Positions 28,390 to 38,680 of a stretch of 64,000 bases of DNA are shown here, one piece after another; the stretch's first letter is position 1; every line of letters starts with the position of its first letter. The stretch is from Marsupella aquatica (lineage: Eukaryota > Plantae > Marchantiophyta), in contig OZ316892.1 in assembly GCA_973895155.1 (NCBI GenBank), positions 3,413,223 through 3,477,222 on the forward strand, written 5' to 3'. The notes beneath the pieces are model-generated. The model made no database searches, had not been told where the DNA came from, and saw only the letters and a program-made list of their open reading frames with translations. Made by a program: the position numbers and the translations under genes.

Positions 28390-29699
28390 TGTCCCTCTAG
28401 GCCGACCCATGTGCAATTGCGTCTTGTTTTTGGGCACGCTCTATCTTGTAGTGATAAAATGTCACATTAAAGAATGTCCACTTCAAATAGATCCCCTCTA
28501 TGCCAAAGATGCACAATGACATCAAAATCTCCAACATTGATATCCCTAAGTGTACCTCACACCACTACAATGTCATCTACATTGCATGCAAACTCTAACT
28601 AATAGAAACTGAGCTTCCCATTAACCCCCAATACAATAGATTCTCCCAAACCTCATGACCAACAAAAGTCATCATGACAGAATATGAAACAATGAACATT
28701 TGGATCAAGTTATGTGAGGACAATTCAAAATGAACATCTGAAGACATAACACGTATTGTCTTCACATCTGAAATCTTTGATCATCGTCATCGCGGCGCAG
28801 CCGACCCTAAATGAAGCATTTTATGGTTTAGTCAAGTTGCTTGCACCCATGGACAGGTTCAGGTAGACTGCAATTGCAATACATGGCATGTCATGAACCA
28901 TAAACTATCAAAGGGGCTTGATTGGGTAACAAACATACTTTGGGGGGTCAATTGGGGCAGATTTGAACATAGGGCGTCAATGAAGCAGGAAACAATCTAA
29001 AGGGGGTTGATTAAGCATATACCTTCAGATTGAAGACTAAATTAAAATCAAAGACAGCCATTAATTTTGTCATCCACTCCAATAAATGAGAATCATTTTC
29101 AGAATTGAAGAAAAACAGTACGAGTAAAGGAAAGTACGTACTGTAGATGGCACTTGAAGCAAGGGGATGTAGATGGCCTTGAAAGGATGACCATAATATT
29201 GACCTTTTTGGGTTGGTGAACAAAAAGAGCCCAATGGCACCTAGCCAAAATATGACGTGGAAAGTCAAAAGTGAAATGATCATGGGACAATTCCAAATTG
29301 ATTAGCTAAATAATGGTGTCCAAATAAATCCTGTGTTTAACAATTCTTGCAAGTTTTTCTTGGACAACATCATGGGGTTCGCAAACTTGCATGTACGTTA
29401 CAAGATGAAGAGTACCAGTACATGCACCTAGTTTTAACCACGCGTAATTATAGCCAGCATGCAAGGAGAGAGTAAAAAATCTTCTTTGTTATGGGAAAAC
29501 AATTTTGTGAAGAGAAAAAAAAACTTTAACAAACTCAGTCCCTAGCTAGCCAAAACCTGGTTATTAAATCTGAATTTGGACTACTTTTTTGGCTAGTAAG
29601 TTAACTCGTTAGTCATATGGCAAACAGCAAGAATCGCTCGTGACTAACCAACAATATTCAACAATATATACGTTCTTGGACAAAATTAATATACGTCCA

Positions 29700-31637
29700 A
29701 TAGCTCAATACCCGTGCGTTGCACAAAAGAAGTTGTGTCGGCCAAGATGTCATTGAGAAAAAATGATGTCGTGTTAGCGAAGAGGTCGTGGAGAGAAAAG
29801 ATGTTGTGTTGGGCAAGAGGTCGTGGAGAGAAAAGATGTCGTGTTGCTCAAGAGGACGTTGAGAGTAAAGATATCGTGTCGCCCAAGAGGTTGTTGAGAG
29901 AAAAGAAGTTGTGTTGGCCAAGATGTCATTGAGAAAAAAAGATGTTGTGTCAGCCAAGAGGTCGTTGAAAGAAAATATGTAGTGTTGGCCAAGAGGTTGT
30001 GGACAGAAAAGATGTCATGTTGCCCAAAAGGTCATTGACAGAAAAGAAGTCGTTGAGAAAAAAAGATGTAGTGTTGCCCAAAAGGTCATTGAGAGAAAAG
30101 AAGTCGTTGAGAAAAAAAGATGTCGTGTTGGCCAAGAGGTCATTGAGAAAAAAAATGTTGTGTCGGCCAAGAAGTCGTTGAGAACAAAAGATGTTGTGTT
30201 GGCCAAGAGGTCATTGAGAAAAAAAATATCGTGTCGGCCAAGACATTGTTCAGGGAAAATACACTGTGTTGCGCAAAAGATCGATGTTGTTATGTGAAAG
30301 ATGTCACGAAGTAAAAAGATGTCGTTAAGAAAAAAGAAGTCATTTTGCCAAAGATGTCATTCTGTGAAAGATGTTGTTAAGAAAAAAGTGTCATTTTGCC
30401 AAAGATATTGTGAAGTAAAAGATGTTATAAGAAAAATGGTGTCGTTCCACCCAAGCTATCGTTCTCTGAAAGATGTTATGAAGTAAAAGTCAAGGAAAGG
30501 AGTGAGTCTTTTTCTTGTTTTGTTTTTTTACCCAAAATGCCCTTGCATTTGAATGGCGACCACTCTATAACTTGGCGCAACATTATATTATCGGTTTCAG
30601 GTTTAGTGTTTTAGGGTTTAGGGTTTAGCAAAGATGACCATTTTGTCGGTATCCTTTCAATCCCCATGCATTGCATAAAAGATGTTGTATGGTTAAAGAT
30701 GTTGTTGAGAAATAGATCATTATGGTGCAAAAGATATCATTGAATAAAAATAGTAATTGTTAAGATACATTATTACACAAAAACTTTTGTTGAGTGAAAG
30801 ATATCATTGTGCAAAATAGTGGCTATGGCAGCCACAAAAGTTCACTTTTTTTTTCTTTTTTCTCCTTGCACAAAAACATTCTTGAATAAAAGCTGTCATT
30901 GCACAAAAGACTGGCTATGACAACCACAAAAGTATAATAAAATGAGAGGTTTCTTTTTTTCCTTTTTTTCTCTTATGTTCCTTTTAAACCTTAACCTCCC
31001 CCTTTTCCCCATTTTCCTATTTTTGGTCTTCTCTTTTTCACATAATTACCATCACTCCACTTGTTCGCCCCCCTTCCCCCCTCCCACCCATGTGAGATCG
31101 AGGGGCTACCCTACATTGCGAGTGTGCCCCTCGCCCAATACCTTGCCATCAATGCCCATGCCATGTGCTTCTACTGTCTTTGGGCCTTATTACTTTTGTT
31201 TTTTGGTATTGAAAATGACACTACAAATGACTGTAAAATCACCACAAATATTGGGAGAAAATATTATTAGCAATTAAATTACTCTTACCAGTATTACACA
31301 AAATTATGATGCACACAATATTGAATATGTACAATATAAACTTGCATGTGAATATGTACAATACTTACTTGCATTGATATATCCTCTTTGATCCTCGTGC
31401 ATTGATTCTTGTGCATTCTATTAAAGTCTTTCTTTTTTGTGTCTAGTGTGATTATTCTTGCTTGTGTTGGGCACTGGTGTAACTTTTTGTGACTCACACT
31501 AAACTCAATTCACACTTTGGTTTTATTGCTTACCTTTGACCATTTTTTTGATTTGTGTGCCCTGCAAATTTGAATGAAGACCACTCTAAAAAGTGGGGCA
31601 ACTGTGTATTATAGCAACTGTGTATTATAGTTCTTGA
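29700..31637 (-). mobile_element. Non-autonomous Helitron (copy A)
   Basis: On the minus strand: 5' TCAAGAACTATAATACA; 3' GTGCAACGCAC hairpin + GGGTATTGAG + CTAT (CTAG mutated). It lies between A and T with no TSD. The paralogous segment (~38700) lacks it. Internal ~30-bp degenerate repeats span 29720-30490. Confidence 0.88.
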
Positions 31638-31826
31638 TACGTTCCTTCCTAATCCTCTATCATGTCAAAAATTTAGCTCGGCCAGTCGTTTTGAATATTG
31701 CAAATTTGATACTATATATCAACATTGCATATAGAGAAGCTACTGAAAGGGAAAATTATTATCTAGCATTGACTGAGCTAGAGGCGCCTCATGAGACATA
31801 TAAACTTTTAAGCTGTTAACAAAAGA

Positions 31827-33702
31827 TCAAGAATTATAATACAAGGTTGCGCCTTGTTATGCAGTGGTCGTCATTCAAAAATACAGTGCCTAGAAAAGAA
31901 GTAATCAATACAGAGAAGGGATAAAACCAAAATGAAATTAAATATAGAGTGAACCAAAAAGTACAAGAAATATTTTCACACAAAAAGTAATCAATTGGTG
32001 GACACACAAAACAAAAAACGTAACTAACCCTGTTGCATGCACTTTTCACACAAAAAATAATCTAATGGTGGAAACAAAAGACAAAAAAGTTACCTACCCG
32101 TGTTGTATTCAAGAGTATCATCAGTCACTATATACCATATCCTAAAAAAATGGATATGGTATTAAGTATAAAATCAAGAAAAATGGATATGATATTTATT
32201 TATAAAATCAAGAAAAAATGGGAACAATCTTAAGTCTTAAGTAAAAATTTGTTTTTCTACAACTATAGGAATCATCCATATCTGTATTAATCTCAATTAT
32301 CTCTGCCCAAGCTACCCATAGCCTACCCAAACCCAACCAAGATAAAATTAATTAATTGAAAATTGATCAAAAACTAATTATTAAAATTGAGACTTATTAA
32401 AAACTAATTATTAAAAAAAGAGTTGGATAATAACTTTAAAGTTTTGAAAAAACTTGAGTAAAAATAATATATATATATGATATTAATTTCTCTAAAAATT
32501 TAGAATAAAAAACATTTTTTTTGGTCACTTGGTTGTGCTTGGACTCTATGTTGCGGTGACTATTATCTCAGTCAGTCTCCAATTTCTATGTGCAGCGCAC
32601 GAGTTGTTGCACACCACCGCAACAACTCTACCTTGCCTTGACATATTTTTCTCATCTCGTCATTTTTTCTCACATTGACATCTTTATCTCACGACATTTG
32701 TTTTCACCCTCAACATCGTTTAGGTCCTTGATTTTTGTTTCTCTCCTCAATATATTTTCTCACCTGACTCCACATCTTTTCTCACCTTGACATGTTTCTC
32801 ACCACAACATCTTTCCCTCACCCTCGACATATTTTCTCTCCTAAATGTCTTTTTCTCACCTCGCCATGTTTTTTCTCTCCTCGACATCTTTTCTTCACCT
32901 TGACTTCTTTGTCTCACCTCAACGTCTCTTTTCCTCATTGACATTTGTTTTCACCTCGACATGCATGTGACCTGTTTCTCACCTTCACATTTTTATCTCA
33001 CCACAACATCTTTCCCTCACCCTCAACATCTTTTCCTCATCGTCATCTTTTCTCTCCTTGACATAGTTTTTGCTCTACTTCTTTTTCTTAGCTCAACATC
33101 TCTTTTTCTCATTAACATCAGTCTTTGTTCACCTCAACATTTTTCTCACCTCAACATTTCTCTCCTTTACATCTTTTTCTCACCACACCATCTTTTATGC
33201 AACTTTTGTCTTAACAATGTCTTTTTTACTTAACGACAACTTTTCTCTTAACCACATCTTGGGCAATGTGGCATTTCTTTTGTTAAGGACATATTGGGTA
33301 CCACAACATCTTTTTTCTTAACAATATCTTTTGTCTTAAGGACATCTTGGGTGACACAATATCATTTTTCTTAATTACATCTTGGGTGTCACAACATCTT
33401 TTTTCTTAATAACATCTTGGGTGACACGATATATTTTTTCTTTATTAATGACACATTGGGCGACATAACATTTTTTTTCATGTTTGACATCTTCAGTTGG
33501 GCAACACAACAATTTCTTTCTTAACTACATCTTGGGCGACACCACATGTTTTTTACTTAACGGCATCTTGGGCGACACAACATATTTTTTCTTAACGACA
33601 TCTTGGGTGACACAATATCTTTTTGTCTTCATGACATCTTTTCTCTTAACGATATCTTGGGCAACACGACATCTTTTGTGCAACGCACGGGTATTGAGCT
33701 AG
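31827..33702 (+). mobile_element. Non-autonomous Helitron (copy B, same family as A)
   Basis: 5' TCAAGAATTATAATACA; 3' GTGCAACGCACGGGTATTGAGCTAG. The insertion site is aaaga|ttagaaat, and the empty site aaagattagaaat is present at ~38886-38898. Confidence 0.92.
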
Positions 33703-34087
33703 TTAGAAATATATAGTCTAGTTTTCCTGTGGGTATGAGACTAAGCTTGAATGAGGAGCTTTCTCATTGATTACTACTTAATACGTACCCGGCCCTCTCA
33801 GAAATCAGATCGAATTGTGAAAAGATTCTGACTAGCTAGTGAGTAAGGTTCAAGTTTGGCTGCCTGACAGGATTGAGTCCAGCAGTATCGATCCCCAGTA
33901 TGTTGGATTTTGGGTGGGATTACCACGCGTTGTTAAATTAGGCCAATTAGGATTGTAATATATATAATTGTATGTGTAGGCCCGGTATACCATGTATGCT
34001 AGTTACCGGTTCTATGGGAAATTTCAGAAAGTGGGATTTACTGCCAGAGACATGTCATTCATTGTAACGGTAGGCCAGACTAGAATC

Positions 34088-34288
34088 GATCATTTGTCAG
34101 TTCCCTTCCCAACTAAAGACAGTAGATGGGGTTTAGTGTACAATAGATCATTTGCCAGTCCATTCCCAACTCTTGTATCGTCATTTGTCAGTTTCCATTC
34201 TCTACTCTTTGTACCAGTAGATGTGGAACTCTTGTATGTCATTTGTCAATTTCCATTCTCAACTCTTTGTACCAGCAGATGTGGAATG
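34088..34288 (+). repeat. Upstream array of catttg(t/c)ca...ccattc..aactc repeats (also 39155-39360)
   Basis: Four related units just upstream of a TATA-like tatttaa (~34303), present in both duplicates. Confidence 0.8.
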
Positions 34289-34817
34289 GTGAATTTCAAA
34301 AGTATTTAAGCATCCAAAAAGATCTATCAGGGGCACTGTACAAGGTTCTGAAAATTTTTGAAGGCTTGTTATCCTGAAAGTTGACGAAAGCCTTCTTGTC
34401 AGTACGTTCAATTTGCTTCCACGTAAGTTTCATACGGAGAGCTTTCACTTTGGACGGATTTTTGCAATTATAGAGTAGCAAGGACTGCCGGATCTGACCA
34501 AACGTGGGGACGTGTGGATCTAAAGTAGGGACGAAAATACTGGCCGGGATATCGGAGGCCTGGAGCTAGTGCAACCAGAGCTAAGTGGGCCGCAGCACGA
34601 GGAAATAACCAGGGAAGGAACAAGAGAAGGAACCTCCGGTTCCTAAAATCTTCTAGGGAGGTGAGATCGGCTGGGAGCAAAAGCAAGAGAGATTGCAGCT
34701 GAACTTCAGAGCATCTAAAACCACTAAAGGAGGAGAAACTCTCAAAGGATATACTGCAGAACCTCTGCTTGAGTTTGGTGACATATTTGCAGCTGAAAGG
34801 TAGGCGCGCTCTAGAAA

Positions 34818-36131
34818 ATGGAGTTCAACTGGTATCAAGAGGAGATGCATAACTATTTAAGCCAAGGTTTGGGATTTGACGTGCGGCCAGAGCTCCACGA
34901 ACTAGTACAAACTCATGGGAGCATTGAGGTTCCCAATGTGCAACGTTTCCAAGCTGAAGGGCCAGATCGGGATACATACCAGTTGGACCAATCAAACATG
35001 ATGGATGTAGGCCCTCAAGCTCCAAGTTTTCCAACGGATCATTCCGAATCAGAGCTAAGAGATGGTTGCGGGCAACGACGTCCCAACAATCCAGCACCAG
35101 AATACCACGAATCAGAGATAGGGCAAACTCTCTCCAGCTCACCGGTGCCTGGACCTGATCATGTAGAACCTCCGGTGACATCCGCTGGAGCTGTATCTAG
35201 CCTTGACGCCATGACGGAAGGTTCAGCACCAGAATACCACAAATCGGAGATGGGGCAAACTCTCTCCAGCTCACCGATGGCTGGACCTGATCATGGAGAA
35301 CCTCCGGTGACATCCGCTGCAGCTGTATCTAGCTTTGAATACATGACGGAAGGTCCAGCACCAGAATACCACGAATCGGAGACGGGACAAACTGTCTCCA
35401 GCTCACCGATGGCTGGACCTGATCATGGAGAACCTCCGGTGACGTCTGCTGCAGCTGTATCTAGCTTTGAAGCCATGACGGAAGGTCAAGCATACGCTCT
35501 CGTCACTGAAGACATGACTCTGGAGGCCACTCTATTACTTAATAAAATGGTTGGGAAGGCCTTCTGTGAAACTATGAAGAAGGCAAGATCTCCGATTCTT
35601 CCAACATTACTGGGCAGTCTTGATTCAACTCTTCAGAAATTACAGGCGGATAATGTGCCAGTCACAATGGAAACATTCATAAAGGAGGCTTGCAAATGGG
35701 TTTACACATACATGAGAGGCCAGAACGACAGAAGAGTTGCTGTGCATCCTCAGCACATCAAGGACATTCCTAAAAACTGGCGGCTTCAGAACCCTGGCAG
35801 GTTTTACCCCTCCGACAAAGAATGTGAAGACATAGCACTAGACAACGGAATGGATAAGCGCCAGGTCTCGAGCCTTTTTGAAAATGAAAGGAAGAGAAAT
35901 CTGAAGGAGAATCCTGAGCTCAAAGGAAAACTGAAATCTCACTTTCAACCGCACATCACTAACGCTCTTACAGATTGGCAAGCTCAGAATCCAGGGCGTC
36001 CACAGCCAAATAAAGTCCAACTAAAACTTTTGATTGAGGAAACTGGATTGAACAGAATACAGTTAGTGGATTGGTTTAATAACCACAGAGTTGGAAGAAA
36101 TCGCTCCAAGAGAAGGAATATCCAAGTTTGA
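34818..36131 (+). CDS. Intronless 437-aa protein with two tandem divergent TALE-class homeodomains and a possible MEINOX/KNOX-like region
   Basis: HD-a (~35730-35906): NWRLQNPGRFYPSDKECEDIALDNGMDKRQVSSLFENERKR. HD-b (~35928-36110): DWQAQNPGRPQPNKVQLKLLIEETGLNRIQLVDWFNNHR. Both show TALE W...PYP-like loop spacing and a helix-3 (W/L)FxNxR motif. Confidence 0.85.
   Translation: MEFNWYQEEMHNYLSQGLGFDVRPELHELVQTHGSIEVPNVQRFQAEGPDRDTYQLDQSNMMDVGPQAPSFPTDHSESELRDGCGQRRPNNPAPEYHESEIGQTLSSSPVPGPDHVEPPVTSAGAVSSLDAMTEGSAPEYHKSEMGQTLSSSPMAGPDHGEPPVTSAAAVSSFEYMTEGPAPEYHESETGQTVSSSPMAGPDHGEPPVTSAAAVSSFEAMTEGQAYALVTEDMTLEATLLLNKMVGKAFCETMKKARSPILPTLLGSLDSTLQKLQADNVPVTMETFIKEACKWVYTYMRGQNDRRVAVHPQHIKDIPKNWRLQNPGRFYPSDKECEDIALDNGMDKRQVSSLFENERKRNLKENPELKGKLKSHFQPHITNALTDWQAQNPGRPQPNKVQLKLLIEETGLNRIQLVDWFNNHRVGRNRSKRRNIQV
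35091..35486 (+). repeat. In-frame 132-bp (44-aa) tandem repeat x3
   Basis: APEYHxSExGQTxSSSPxxGPDHxEPPVTSAxAVSSxxxMTEG at 35091, 35223 and 35355. Confidence 0.97.
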
Positions 36132-38680
36132 GACCTTTTAGATTTGATCGAGAAAGTAAGTGGACACTCCTTGTTCCGGAGAATTGAATGTTATGCGAGG
36201 AATTTAACCTGGCTTGCTTTGGCTTAATTAGCCAAACGAGTTTTTTCCATCCTTAATTGATTATTAATTAATTGAAGTACTCACCGTAAGTTTCGTGTGC
36301 CGTATGGTAGGCAGGGTCCATCATCTACTTGGCATAATTCGAGATGAGTCTCAAGTAGGCAGAGTCGAACTAGATTAGAATTCGTGGGAGAAACCCTCCG
36401 CAACCACTGCCGTACTTGGAGACTATCATGGAGAGAAGAGGGGACAAAATTTGTTCTATAGTCATGTTTTAATGCGCTAGCTTTCCTGTCCTACAGTCCC
36501 AACCTCCAAATTCACAATTGATTCAATACTTTCGGGAAATCAAACTCTTTAAGACGCCCTGCAAAAATCTGTCTAAACATGGCGTTTGCAAACGAGGAAT
36601 CATTTACTTTCTTTGTTTCCGGGATAATGTGTACTAATGTAAATTTATTTTGGAATCTTCTCGAGGAGCATATCGTCAAAATAAGACCAAATAATGAAGG
36701 ACTATAAGTATTTTGTTATATTGCTAAGGATATATAAGGCGCTTCGTCCACTTGTTGTGTGTCCCCTACCACCACTCAATATAATGTTTAGTCATTATTT
36801 TGACTGGTCTAGCTACTAGTCAATAACCATTTTCCAATATTCTACATGAACACGTTTTTTCGTCGTAACTGAAGTAAGACCAGGAATGTGGTCCCGAATG
36901 TGGGCCGGTGGTCATGCACCTCAGCAGCCCAATGAAAGCTAAGTGCAATTGTTTACCAATTCACTTCACTTTTAGCCCAAAGCTAATTGCAGTGGTTTAT
37001 CAATGCAAGTTCATGTCACTGTTGGCGCTCTTTTTTGCACTTTACTTTTTGGGGCTCTTAATTTCACTTGCCAAATGCTAGGCCAGAACCCGTGCCAGAA
37101 AGCTACCCAAGTTAAAGTTGTCTAGCTCTGATGGTACATGCAAGTGGTCTATATTGGTCTCTTTACTCGGTAGTAATTTTACATGAACCATGGAATTAAT
37201 ATGCAACAGCGAGAAAATCTGAAAATTTAAACCATCCTGACTCTGCTTATCTGAAAGAATCCCACGATGCCTGCGTTCACTCTATCAAACCCCAAACCAT
37301 TCTTCATCCGTCATGTGCATGCAATTGCCTCTTGTTTTCCGGAAGACCCAAGCTAGAAAGTACCAATTCGACAATATAGTAACACCGACAAACTTTCGCT
37401 GCAGCCCTTTTTCAACCATACAATAGCATTCAAGCTAGCTAGGGCTCCTCATGACAAAGTTGTCGGGCCATGGAAGGTTCTGTAAACTGTTTATCAGTAG
37501 GTCAGATTGTCATGTGGAATATGTCGCCAAGTGGCTCTTTATTAATTCAGCAAAAATTCCAAGCCTGTATTTCCTCAGATTCCAGGATCTGATCGAGTTA
37601 AATGTTCTCCCCTAGCTCTAGGTACACTAATAGGAAAGACCCCCCAAAATGACACGATCCACACAAACAACAAGGCGAGAAGGCAGGTAGACATGATCCT
37701 AACCGGTGTAGACTGGCCAGTGTGGAAGGACGGCGTTGTGTTCATTACGGATTCGGACTATCTACGCAAAACCTTCATACATTCTTTTCATCACCTCGTA
37801 CTGTCTATTGTTCTGATTTTGGTGAAACACATCCTCCCTTTAGCCGGTACAAATATCCATCTTGAGAAGCTTGCTTGTCTCAAAGGGCAATGATTCGTTC
37901 CGTTTAGAGCTTGAGGCCCAAGACTACGCAGGTTATAGAGGCTCACTCAAGATCGAAATGAATTTGACACAGGCTAAATCAATTCCGAGGATGCTTTGAC
38001 TACATACAGCTGTCCCACATGGACCAAGGACAGCCGGCAACAGTGCTATAAGCGTATCATGGACGATCACCATATTCCCAGTTCATTTCATTTTCAATGT
38101 GAGCTGCTCCAAGAAGAGGCAGTCTGGAGTCCAATCATCAACAGATCGGATTTTCGGTTGGACAGAGTTCGCATTGAAGAAAAAGAAGTTGGCCTATCTT
38201 GCTGCCCTTGTCGCTGGGGTCACTACTTTCGAGGGACAATCAATCATGGTCGCAGATCTACAAATATGAACATGGATACAAATAGAGTTTGCTACTGTAC
38301 ATTGATGGCGTTGCGTGCCGCTCTTGGAATGTTTTGTAGCACATACCTTGAGAGTTCAACAGTGGATAAAGCAGACAGACGGACGCAGGTTAAGGACAAC
38401 GACTTCCTACCCTTCAAGACTTCTATCCAGTGATCAAATTGCAGCACGCTCATTCAGCTATTGTATCTAATTTACTTAAACGCGATAATGGAAGCCACCT
38501 TCCAACCAAAGAATAAGTGCACAGTGATTCCCCCTCTGTTCAAAAGGCAAATTATAAAGGTAACCCGTTATAAATTTAGGCTTTTTGAATGAGTTCGCTT
38601 CATAAAAGATCAATCCCATCTGAGCATTCGCATCATGTCGCGTATAAATCAAACACAATCTTACTTGCTTAGCAGTTTGT

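Larger units (their letters stand above)
23585..29026. mobile_element. Non-autonomous Mutator-like TIR element enclosing the copia fragment
   Basis: The left ~85 bp (gaggtatatgcttaatagaccccctctggaatgtttc...ctatgttcatatttaccccaatagacccccc) match the reverse complement of ~28942-29026. The flanks acattgaag (23576-23584) and agattgaag (29027-29035) form a 9-bp TSD with one mismatch; an 8-bp register is also possible. Confidence 0.8.
29681..37535 (+). repeat. Local segmental duplication, unit 1 (includes the two Helitrons)
   Basis: Colinear with 38681-42410 once both Helitrons and two extra 132-bp coding repeats are removed. Confidence 0.9.

Noticed and set aside
29658-30486. Cluster of short ORFs on both strands (also 32590-33702)
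   Set aside because: They are translations of Helitron internal tandem repeats.
29700-33702. A single foldback or long-TIR transposon
   Set aside because: The central 189 bp is host sequence present in the paralog, there is no TSD, and each half has its own Helitron 5' and 3' ends.
37996-38433. 145-aa ORF in the spacer between the duplicates
   Set aside because: Non-ATG start, no motif and no supporting gene structure.
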